Shown in pieces: positions 16,896 through 24,452 of a DNA stretch of 34,811 nucleotides (position 1 is the stretch's first letter; each line of letters opens with the position of its first letter). This DNA is from Candidatus Gastranaerophilales bacterium (GTDB lineage Bacteria > Cyanobacteriota > Vampirovibrionia > Gastranaerophilales > Gastranaerophilaceae), in NCBI GenBank assembly GCA_944325615.1, contig CALVAU010000049.1, positions 1-34,811 of the forward strand. Direction: 5' to 3'. Under the pieces are notes generated by a model. That model had not been told where the DNA came from and searched no databases. It saw only the letters and a program-made list of their open reading frames with translations. The position numbers and the translations under genes were made by a program.

Positions 16896-18054
16896 AAGGT
16901 CTTATTCCTACGTATAATTCACCGTTAATTTCGGTTGTTGGTGTACCGTTAATTCCTTTAGAGGTAGCTTCTTCAATATCGTTTTCAACTTGTTTTCTTA
17001 CTTCAAGGCTGTTTGCGTCTTGTTTTAGTTTATCAATATCAAGTCTTAGTTTTTTAGCGATTTCCAAAATTTCTTCTTCGTTATTAGGCTGTTTTTCAAA
17101 GAAAATAGAGTTTATATCCCAGAATTTTCCTTGTTTTTCTGCAGCTAGTGCATAGCGTGACATTGTACAAGAGCCTATGTGGAATGGTTGTTGCATATAT
17201 TTATTACATTCTGTATCAAGTGGCAAATTCTTGTGTACGATTTTTACATTTTTCAATTCTTTTGCAAGTTTGTGAATCATAATATTGTATGCGCAACAGA
17301 TAGGGCATCTGTAATCTGTATATGCATAAAGTATAACAGTAGCATTTTCTTCACCTAATATATTGCCTTTTGCTGCATATTTGTTATGTTTAGATCTTGT
17401 AAATTCAGCGAAAACACTTTGATTTTTTAGTTGTGGTGTAAAAATGTATGATTTTGTTGTGTAAGTTAAAAATCCTGCAGCTGCTGCAGCTACAACTAAA
17501 AATGCAATTAAGTATTTTTTGATTCTTATAGCATCAAAAAAGTCTGTTACGCTTGTTTTAAATGCTTTTATAAAATGTCCGTTTTTATAATCTGCAGCAA
17601 CAAGTCCTATTAACAAATTTATTACGTATGTACAAGCACATAGTACGCATAATTTATTAATTTCAAAAAGGCTTATACATAGAAGGCTCATGCTTATTGC
17701 AAATGAAATTAAGCCCAATGCTGCTATGTAATCTAAAGGATTTTTAAAAACCTCTAAGAATTTTAACAATTTAAAGTTTTTCAATTTTGGTGCGAATAAA
17801 AGCATTGTAATAAAAGAATACAAAAATAATCCCCAATAAGCAAGTGGTACACCAAAGAACTGTGATTCTGTAGTTTTTGCGACTCCATCACAATCAATAA
17901 AGTCACTAACTGAACAAAAACTTGGCAGTGCATATGGATTGAAGTTTGCATTGTAATATATGATTGCCAGTTTTATTGTTGTTATAAATCCGATAAGTGT
18001 TAGTATTAAAATAATTATTTTTTTTACTAACAGCGATTTGTTTTCATTTTCCAT
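16846..18054 (-). CDS. VKOR (vitamin K epoxide reductase) fused to a thioredoxin/DsbA-like domain
   Basis: Loop Cys pair CSVSDFIDC, a membrane CVLC (CxxC), five TM-like helices, and a C-terminal CPIC thioredoxin motif. Confidence 0.85.
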   Translation of the reverse strand: MENENKSLLVKKIIILILTLIGFITTIKLAIIYYNANFNPYALPSFCSVSDFIDCDGVAKTTESQFFGVPLAYWGLFLYSFITMLLFAPKLKNFKLLKFLEVFKNPLDYIAALGLISFAISMSLLCISLFEINKLCVLCACTYVINLLIGLVAADYKNGHFIKAFKTSVTDFFDAIRIKKYLIAFLVVAAAAAGFLTYTTKSYIFTPQLKNQSVFAEFTRSKHNKYAAKGNILGEENATVILYAYTDYRCPICCAYNIMIHKLAKELKNVKIVHKNLPLDTECNKYMQQPFHIGSCTMSRYALAAEKQGKFWDINSIFFEKQPNNEEEILEIAKKLRLDIDKLKQDANSLEVRKQVENDIEEATSKGINGTPTTEINGELYVGIRPYEEFKKILIEAGAKEK

Positions 18055-18257
18055 AACTATGTCTCCTATCCAATATAATTATTTTACAATTATTTAAAAA
18101 GTAAATCAATAGGAAAAAAAGGGGATTTTTTTAATGAAAGTCTTATAAGGGAGCTTTTTTGCCCCCTTTAAATATCTTAACACCCATAACAAAACTTCTA
18201 TTTATGTGATATTATTTAAAAAGGTTTAAAACTATTTGTAAGAGAGGTTACAGACAA

Positions 18258-19010
18258 TTGGGAAAAAATATTTTTAAATTATATCTTGCGAAATTCATGG
18301 AGCTTCCGCTTTGGGTAAAGCAAGTGCTTTATGTAAAATTGAAAGAGGATATAAGCAGATATAATTGTACAAAGTTTTTGGATGCATCTTCTGAGGAAAT
18401 GTTTTCGTTGTATGCACCTACTCTTACATTCAAAGGCCGTACAGAACTTGATGAACATAAAAACGGACTTGATTCAAATATATATAATTTTTTAAGTTTG
18501 TGTGCAAAAGATTATTCAATAATAGAAATTTCTTTAAATATGTTCCTTACAATGGAAGAGACAGCAAAATATTTTATGTTTTGTGTAGAACAGAATTATT
18601 TAGAGTCTCCGGAAGCTGATGAAATTTATGCAATGGCGGGGTTTATTTCCGGGAAATTCAAAACTGGAGAATATTTTACTCGTAATAAATTACTGTCTTT
18701 TGATCAGTTGCAAAAAGCATTGGAAGAACAACAAAAACGTGAAGATAGTGGTCAAAAACATTTAAAATGTCTTGAAATTCTTGATTCAATGGGTTTTGTA
18801 AGTGCAGATGATCATAAAGTTATTTTTCAATTACAGGAAGAAGCTAAAAAAAGATTTATTTTGGATTACAATTTAGTGCCTGATACAGAACAAAGTTTTC
18901 AAAATTCTGAGGAAAAAACTTCTGCCGAAATTGAAGCTTTAAAGTTGGAAAATAAAAAATTAAAAGAAAAACTTTTACAATTATTACGATTGGTAAAAAA
19001 GAATGTTTAA
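18258..19010 (+). CDS. hypothetical protein; the C-terminal half has a GspE-N-like helical repeat plus a coiled coil
   Basis: TTG start 10 nt after GAGAGG (start uncertain). LLSFDQLQKALEEQQK...LEILDSMGFVSADD resembles the T2SSE_N-type motif. The C-terminus is a Leu/Lys heptad region. Confidence 0.5.
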   Translation: MGKNIFKLYLAKFMELPLWVKQVLYVKLKEDISRYNCTKFLDASSEEMFSLYAPTLTFKGRTELDEHKNGLDSNIYNFLSLCAKDYSIIEISLNMFLTMEETAKYFMFCVEQNYLESPEADEIYAMAGFISGKFKTGEYFTRNKLLSFDQLQKALEEQQKREDSGQKHLKCLEILDSMGFVSADDHKVIFQLQEEAKKRFILDYNLVPDTEQSFQNSEEKTSAEIEALKLENKKLKEKLLQLLRLVKKNV

Positions 19011-19950
19011 CCCAAGACCGGAAATTTTAGCAAAATATTTGCGCGGGACCCTTGTTGAAGAAGAGCATTACGGCTTTAGAATGCTGGCAGACAATGACAG
19101 AGTCATTGAATATAGCGGAGAAACCGGTAATTATCCGTTTTATCTTAATTCTTGTGCTAATCCATTAATAGCATCATTAATAGTTGATTATGGTATGGAT
19201 GTTAAATATGATATGACATTGGAAGAAATTGCCATAAGCTGTTCTTCTCATACCGCAGAAAATTTGCATATAGAATTAGAAAAATCTTTATTAAATAAAA
19301 TAGGTGTAGATGAAAAATTATTAAAATGTGGTGTAAGCAGACGTTTGCCTGATCATAAGTATAAAGATGTTTTGTTTGATGCAGAAAATGAAAGCGTGTT
19401 GCAAAATGGCTGTGCTGCTAAACATATTATGATGCTTGGCTTGTGTAAAATGAATGGGTGGAATATGGAGAATTATGATAACTTAGAACATCCATTACAG
19501 GTTAAAATAAAGGAAAAAATCATTGATTTATGCAGGTTAAAACATAGATTTCCAATTACAAAAGATTTTTGTGGCTTACCTGCAATGTCAATGCCTCTTG
19601 AAAATGTTTTGTGGGGGTATTTGAAAATTTTTACGGATCCGCGTTATCAAAAAATTTCTGAGGCGTTTTTGAATTATCCCGATATAATAGGCGGCAAAAA
19701 TCGGCTTGATACAAAGATTATTAAATGTTCAGATAATATAATTGCAAAAGCAAGCACCTGCGGGATTTGTGTGGTAGTCAATGTCGAAAAACAAGAAGCT
19801 TTAGTCGTAAAAATTAGCGATAGCAATATGGATACGCTTGAAGCCGTAGTTGTAAAATCATTGAATAATCTGCATTGGACAGATATTCCTTTTGAGTATT
19901 TAATAAAAACTTTTCATAATGAAATTGTTGGAGAAATTGTTGTACTCTAA
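19003..19950 (+). CDS. asparaginase II (Rhizobium-type) family homologue
   Basis: RGTLVEEEH, SCSSHTAENLHI, NGCAAKH, HPLQ, DFCGLP, GGKNRLDT and VKISDSN align with my recollection of this family's conserved blocks. It overlaps the upstream gene by 8 nt. Confidence 0.6.
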   Translation: MFNPRPEILAKYLRGTLVEEEHYGFRMLADNDRVIEYSGETGNYPFYLNSCANPLIASLIVDYGMDVKYDMTLEEIAISCSSHTAENLHIELEKSLLNKIGVDEKLLKCGVSRRLPDHKYKDVLFDAENESVLQNGCAAKHIMMLGLCKMNGWNMENYDNLEHPLQVKIKEKIIDLCRLKHRFPITKDFCGLPAMSMPLENVLWGYLKIFTDPRYQKISEAFLNYPDIIGGKNRLDTKIIKCSDNIIAKASTCGICVVVNVEKQEALVVKISDSNMDTLEAVVVKSLNNLHWTDIPFEYLIKTFHNEIVGEIVVL

Positions 19951-21284
19951 GAAGTTTTTATATGAACATCGACAACTTTTTCTCTGTTATTTGTAACTAA
20001 AAAAGTTGGTTTTTGTATTGGTAAAGTCATAATTTCACCGTTTGGCTTTTTGACTAATTGACATCCCATAAGTTCATTTGTAGTTCTGAAAAATTCACTC
20101 TTGTTTTGTGCGGCATATAGTCCTTTTGTGTAATTTTCGTATAATTTTTGAAGAACTTTTTGCGGCATTTGAGAGGGTTTGTAGCCTGTAAAAAGTATCA
20201 TATCATTTATTCTGCGTTTGCATAGTCCGGCTTGTACATCGCCGCCTGCAGATCTGTGATCAAATTCCATTGCTGCTTTATAAAAACAAGCCGCTGCTTT
20301 TTTAGGATTTCTGTTTTTTTGTGCGCAGCCATCGTTAATATATTTTATAAGTTTTTTACTTTTTGCAATAGCATTTTCACCGATATTGAATGTTAAATCT
20401 ATCAAAGCTTCTTTTTGTTTTTGATTCAGTTTGTGATAACTGTCTCCGAAAATTTTTATTAATCCGTTTTGAGCATCGATTATATCTTTGGCTAATATTT
20501 GATAGATTTGTTTGTCTGATAATTTGTAGCCTTGAGCTTTCAATCTTTTATATTTATTTAGCTCAGATTTTGGTCTGCAAGCCAAATCATGTCCGATACC
20601 TATTACAGGTCTTTTTATTGCATCAGGAGTAAGCTCTCTTTTAATACCTTCAAATTCTGCAAGTTTATCTATAAAATCTGAGCTTATACCTGTTAATTTG
20701 CAAACATCAGATATTGTTGATATTTTAGCTAATTGCTTATCATCCACGTTTTGCAATATAGGTTTTGGACGATTGGGAATTTCTATTTTATCAGCTTTTA
20801 CTTCAGAGGGTTTTTCTTTTGTCTTAGGGGGAAGAGGTGGCTGAGTTTCAATTGGTTTCTCAAACTGTTTTTTGAAATTTTCTGTTGGTTTTGTATAGAC
20901 ATAATAAATTTCATTTTGTGAAATTGTAGCTTTTTTATTATTGATTTTATTAAGTTCCAAAAATTCTTTTACTGTCATTCCGAATTTTGTCGCAATAGAA
21001 TATGCAGAATCTCCCTTTTTAGCTTTATAGCCCGGAACATTGAATTTTGTTCCAGCTGGTATTGATAATTTGGGGTTTTCAAAATATTTTTTCAGTTGAG
21101 GGTTGTTTTTTACCAAATCTTTTTTATCAATTTTAAATTTTGAAGTAATACTTCCCCAACCTTTGCCTTTTTCAAGAGTGTATTCTCCGATGTAATCGGT
21201 TTTAGCTGTTTTATCGGGCTTACCTTTTATTATTTCATTGAACTCAAATGTGTTTAGAAATAAATTGTAATCAAATTCTGCCAT
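19947..21284 (-). CDS. 2x LysM + GH24-type lysozyme, no signal peptide
   Basis: Two LysM-like segments (YTLEKGKGWGSITSKF.., YKAKKGDSAYSIATKFGMTVKEFLELN), a Pro/Lys linker, and EFEGIK...VIGIGHDL of phage-type lysozymes. Confidence 0.75.
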   Translation of the reverse strand: MAEFDYNLFLNTFEFNEIIKGKPDKTAKTDYIGEYTLEKGKGWGSITSKFKIDKKDLVKNNPQLKKYFENPKLSIPAGTKFNVPGYKAKKGDSAYSIATKFGMTVKEFLELNKINNKKATISQNEIYYVYTKPTENFKKQFEKPIETQPPLPPKTKEKPSEVKADKIEIPNRPKPILQNVDDKQLAKISTISDVCKLTGISSDFIDKLAEFEGIKRELTPDAIKRPVIGIGHDLACRPKSELNKYKRLKAQGYKLSDKQIYQILAKDIIDAQNGLIKIFGDSYHKLNQKQKEALIDLTFNIGENAIAKSKKLIKYINDGCAQKNRNPKKAAACFYKAAMEFDHRSAGGDVQAGLCKRRINDMILFTGYKPSQMPQKVLQKLYENYTKGLYAAQNKSEFFRTTNELMGCQLVKKPNGEIMTLPIQKPTFLVTNNREKVVDVHIKTS

Positions 21285-21308
21285 ATTAATAACCTTATTT
21301 TCTACACA

Positions 21309-21357
21309 TAAAAAAATAACGGTATTATTTTTCGTAACTTTAAAAAATACCGTTATT
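21309..21357 (-). terminator. intrinsic terminator after upp
   Basis: 12-bp stem AATAACGGTATT (21315-21326) pairs with AATACCGTTATT (21346-21357). A T-run follows on the minus strand (rc of 21309-21314). Confidence 0.7.
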
Positions 21358-21380
21358 AATGTTAAATTTTGTTAATATAA

Positions 21381-22031
21381 TTATGTGTTAAAAATTCTAT
21401 CTCCGGCATCGCCCATACCTGGAACAATATAGCCTTTTTCATTTAACGTTTCATCTACTGCTGCTGTGATAATTTCAATGTCAGGATAATGTTTTTGAAT
21501 ATTTTCAATACCTTGAGGTGCAGCAATTATACAGATACATTTGATATTTTTGATCGGAATACCTTTATCTGCGTATAATTTAATAGCTTCCAAAAGTGAA
21601 TTTCCTGTCGCAAGCATAGGATCTGTTATATAGATATAGAATTTTTCTGGGTTTGGAGCTTCCATAGGCACCTTGTTGTAGTACCAAATAGGTTTTAGAG
21701 TCTTTTCATCTCTATACATACCGATATGTCTTATGCAAGCTTGAGGCAGAATATCAATTGCTTCATCTGTAAAAATAAGCCCTGCTCTCAAAATCGGTGA
21801 AATAATGATATTGATATCAGGGTCTATTGTTTTTGCTTTAAATGTTGTAACGGGTGTTGTAATTTCTTTTTCTACAAGAGGAAGATTTTTCGAAGCTTCA
21901 TATAAAAGACTTCTTGTAATCTTTCTTGTCGCAATACGAACGCCCTGACTGTCTGTTTTTTTATCACGCATAGTGCATAAATTTAAAAGAACGACAGGAT
22001 TTGAAATTACTCGTACATTTTCTAAATTCAT
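21381..22031 (-). CDS. upp: uracil phosphoribosyltransferase
   Basis: ILRAGL, DPMLATGNS and YIVPGMGDAGDRIF. The ATG at 22031 forms an ATGA overlap with the upstream stop. The track's GTG at 22040 is less likely. Confidence 0.9.
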   Translation of the reverse strand: MNLENVRVISNPVVLLNLCTMRDKKTDSQGVRIATRKITRSLLYEASKNLPLVEKEITTPVTTFKAKTIDPDINIIISPILRAGLIFTDEAIDILPQACIRHIGMYRDEKTLKPIWYYNKVPMEAPNPEKFYIYITDPMLATGNSLLEAIKLYADKGIPIKNIKCICIIAAPQGIENIQKHYPDIEIITAAVDETLNEKGYIVPGMGDAGDRIFNT

Positions 22032-22654
22032 CTTTTCCACTCCTTTATTCTATGTTTAAAATCTTTGTTATTTTTTTCCATTCTATCAAGAACATCATTA
22101 ACTTTGTTAATTTCGTTAGTAATTATTGCGGGGTTTATATTTTTAACATCTTTAGTTTCTTCTTCAAATTGGTTCATAAAATATGCACTTCTTGTGCCTA
22201 TTGCTCCGATTTTATCAAACATTTCATTAAGCAGAGTTATAGAAGCATTAAGCCTTTTAGGTTGGTTGATTACAATAAATTGTTTGGAATCTAGTGTCTC
22301 TTGAGTCGGCTGAGTTATTTCCAATGATTTAGATCCGCCAAGCCCGTTGAATTCGACTGTTGCAATTGAGCCTTGTGGAATTGTTACATCTTTTTCTGTG
22401 ATGACAAATTTTACATATACAGTATTGTTTACTATATTAATTTTATTGACATGGCCTACCTGAACTCCCATAAATTTGACTGGAGAGCCGACAATCATTC
22501 CATCTACATCAGGCATGAATATTTGATAAGTCTTTAGTTCTCTAGTTTTTTTGTAATGGTAAACTCTAATTCCGCCAATCACAAAACACAAGATAAGGAG
22601 CCAAATAAAAAACTCTATCCATGCGTAAAAATGCAGTTTAAAATCCTTTACCAT
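22028..22654 (-). CDS. MlaD/MCE-domain protein with an N-terminal TM anchor
   Basis: GSPVKFMGVQVGHVNKINI...VEFNGLGGSKSLEI. I prefer the ATG at 22654 (MVKDFK) over the GTG at 22690. Confidence 0.8.
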   Translation of the reverse strand: MVKDFKLHFYAWIEFFIWLLILCFVIGGIRVYHYKKTRELKTYQIFMPDVDGMIVGSPVKFMGVQVGHVNKINIVNNTVYVKFVITEKDVTIPQGSIATVEFNGLGGSKSLEITQPTQETLDSKQFIVINQPKRLNASITLLNEMFDKIGAIGTRSAYFMNQFEEETKDVKNINPAIITNEINKVNDVLDRMEKNNKDFKHRIKEWKR

Positions 22655-22748
22655 GTCTATAATTATACATAAACACATGATTTTTACCACTTGCCAAAAA
22701 ATTTTTTGTATTATAGTATTAGAATTATTAAAGTTGTGAGGTTTACAT

Positions 22749-22988
22749 ATGGAACAGATAATAAAAGTAGCATGGGATTTAAACGAAAATACTGATAACA
22801 GATATCAATTAGTTTATGAAATAGCTGAATTGGCTAAAAAACTTGTTGATGAGAATCAGGCTAAAAAAGCTCATGATGACTTTGGATTTGAAGAAAATTA
22901 TGATACAGGATATTCTAAAGAAAACCCTGTAGAACATGCCATTATGGTTAAAGCTTCAGAAGCTGATGATAACAGATTGGTAGGTTAG
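22749..22988 (+). CDS. rpoZ: RNA polymerase omega subunit-like
   Basis: DNRYQLVYEIAELAKKL matches the omega NRY...A.RA motif. ENPVEHAIMV resembles the KPV..AI.E block. The size (79 aa) is typical. Confidence 0.6.
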   Translation: MEQIIKVAWDLNENTDNRYQLVYEIAELAKKLVDENQAKKAHDDFGFEENYDTGYSKENPVEHAIMVKASEADDNRLVG

Positions 22989-23002
22989 TAAAAAAGTTTT
23001 TA

Positions 23003-23041
23003 ATATGCACAAGAGTTTTTATGCTTTTGTGCATATTTTTT
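23003..23041 (+). terminator. intrinsic terminator after rpoZ
   Basis: Stem ATATGCACAA (23003-23012) pairs with TTGTGCATAT (23027-23036), followed by T5. Confidence 0.7.
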
Positions 23042-23068
23042 GAAAAATATTTTGATTAGGGAGTTTAT

Positions 23069-23872
23069 ATGGAAGATACATTAAAATATATAAATGAAAA
23101 AACTGCTAGCTTTCGACCTGAGATAGGTGTTATTTTAGGATCGGGGCTTGGTGAATTTGCCGATGAATATTGCGATGTAGCTGTATCTTATGCTGAAATC
23201 CCGAATTTTATAAAGTCAACTGTACAAGGTCATAAAGGTCGGCTTGTTTTTGCTGAAATTTCAGGGAAAAAAGTTGTAATGATGCAGGGCAGAAATCATT
23301 TTTATGAAGGTCATTCAATGCAAGAAATTACATACCCTATAAAGGTAATGAAAAAATTAGGGGTAAAAACTCTTATTTTGACAAATGCCGCTGGGGGTGT
23401 AAATCCTGAATTTAAGCCTGGTGATTTGATGTTGATTACAGATCATATAAATTTTATGGGCTCAAATCCATTAATTGGACCGAATGATTCTCAATTTGGA
23501 GAAAGATTTCCGGATATGAGCGAAATCTATAAAAAAGAGTTGATAGAAATTGCTGATACTTCTGCTCAAAAACTTGGAATAAAGCCTCAGCATGGTGTAT
23601 ATTTTGCATCATCAGGCCCGAGTTATGAAACCCCTGCTGAAATCAGAATGGCGAGAACTTTAGGAGCTGACGCTGTCGGTATGTCAACTGTCCCTGAGGC
23701 AATTGTTGCAAATTACTGTGGTATGAAAGTTTTAGGTATAAGTTGTATATCAAATGCCGCAGCAGGTGTGAAAGGTGCGCAAAAATTGTCCCACCAAGAA
23801 GTTATTGAAACTACAAATGCTGCAAAAGCCGGCTTTAAAGCTCTTTTGAAAGAGATTATTTCAGCCGTTTAA
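23069..23872 (+). CDS. punA: purine nucleoside phosphorylase (trimeric PNP family)
   Basis: GVILGSGLG, GHKGRLVF, GRNHFYEGH, LTNAAGG, GPSYETPAE and GADAVGMSTVPE. Confidence 0.9.
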   Translation: MEDTLKYINEKTASFRPEIGVILGSGLGEFADEYCDVAVSYAEIPNFIKSTVQGHKGRLVFAEISGKKVVMMQGRNHFYEGHSMQEITYPIKVMKKLGVKTLILTNAAGGVNPEFKPGDLMLITDHINFMGSNPLIGPNDSQFGERFPDMSEIYKKELIEIADTSAQKLGIKPQHGVYFASSGPSYETPAEIRMARTLGADAVGMSTVPEAIVANYCGMKVLGISCISNAAAGVKGAQKLSHQEVIETTNAAKAGFKALLKEIISAV

Positions 23873-24033
23873 TTGTTGTATTTGTCATCTTCTGCTTTTT
23901 TAATCAATATAGATTTATCTTGGAATGTAATTTCGATATCATCTTTAGTCGGATTTATTTCCAAATGTTCAAGCATAGTTTTTGTAAGTATTATGCCCCA
24001 ACTGTTTCCGATTGTGATGAGAGATTTTTTCAT
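23869..24033 (-). CDS. AbrB/MazE/SpoVT-type DNA-binding protein (54 aa), absent from the ORF track
   Basis: My hand translation gives MKKSLITIGNSWGIILTKTMLEHLEINPTKDDIEITFQDKSILIKKAEDDKYNN. IGNSWGIIL is the swapped-hairpin signature. AAGGA SD lies 6 nt upstream. Its stop overlaps the punA stop by 4 nt. Confidence 0.7.
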   Translation of the reverse strand: MKKSLITIGNSWGIILTKTMLEHLEINPTKDDIEITFQDKSILIKKAEDDKYNN

Positions 24034-24049
24034 TACTTTCCTTTAATTG

Positions 24050-24073
24050 ATTATTTTGTACTTACAAAATAAT
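24050..24073. promoter_or_regulatory. 24-nt palindrome, candidate operator upstream of the AbrB-like gene
   Basis: ATTATTTTGTA-CT-TACAAAATAAT has perfect 11-bp arms and lies 17-40 nt upstream of the ATG at 24033. Confidence 0.4.
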
Positions 24074-24086
24074 AACATATATCTTA

Positions 24087-24128
24087 TTGACTTTTGTTAT
24101 AACTTTGTTTATATTTTATTATAACAAA
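24087..24128 (+). promoter_or_regulatory. sigma70-type promoter with a bracketing 10-bp inverted repeat
   Basis: TTGACT (24087-24092), a 17-nt spacer, then TATATT (24110-24115). TTTGTTATAA (24093-24102) and TTATAACAAA (24119-24128) flank the -10 element. Confidence 0.55.
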
Positions 24129-24140
24129 TTGGAGGTTTTT

Positions 24141-24365
24141 ATGAACAACTTAGAAATAATGAAAAAAATAGGTCAAGAGATTAAAAAACGACGACTTGAG
24201 AAAAATATTTCAATAATAGAGTTTGCAAAATTCTGTAATATGTCAATTAAAAGAGCAAAGAGAGTTGAAGAGGGTCTTGCAGTTTTGAAGATTTCTGATT
24301 TAGACAAATTTGCAAAATTTTTTAAAAATTCATTATCAGAGTTGTTGCAATCAGTAGATTTTTAG
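24141..24365 (+). CDS. XRE-family helix-turn-helix regulator (74 aa)
   Basis: GGAGG SD 5 nt before the ATG at 24141. IGQEIKKRRLEKNISIIEFAKFCNMSIKRAKRVEEG is a Cro/C1-type HTH. The track's TTG at 24087 is the -35 box itself. Confidence 0.8.
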   Translation: MNNLEIMKKIGQEIKKRRLEKNISIIEFAKFCNMSIKRAKRVEEGLAVLKISDLDKFAKFFKNSLSELLQSVDF

Positions 24366-24452
24366 AATTGTAAACTATCGTAAAATTTTTATATATTCCC
24401 ACTTGCGAAAAAAATCAGTTCAGTTGAAAATACATGTCGGGAAGGATTAAAA

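Noticed and set aside
16846-18054. The VKOR-thioredoxin fusion and its 50-nt overlap with queH, considered as a possible novelty.
   Set aside because: VKOR fused to a DsbA/thioredoxin-like domain is a known architecture in several bacterial phyla. The overlap probably reflects the only available ATG for queH and is not unusual enough on its own.
18117-18175. G-run/C-run complementary segments (AAAGGGG ... CCCCTTT, and AAGGGAGC-T6-GCCCCCTT) in the divergent region upstream of the VKOR gene. This could be a structured leader or riboswitch.
   Set aside because: The stems are short, with mismatches and long loops. I recognise no riboswitch consensus and cannot evaluate folding energy by eye.
24087-24140. 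Track-supplied N-terminal extensions: TTG 24087 for the XRE gene, GTG 7651, GTG 22690, GTG 22040, 28058, 15595, 14592, TTG 16269 and TTG 32207.
   Set aside because: In each case a downstream ATG or GTG has a proper SD, a signal peptide begins there, or an ATGA/1-nt junction with the upstream gene fits better. At 24087 the TTG is the -35 hexamer itself.
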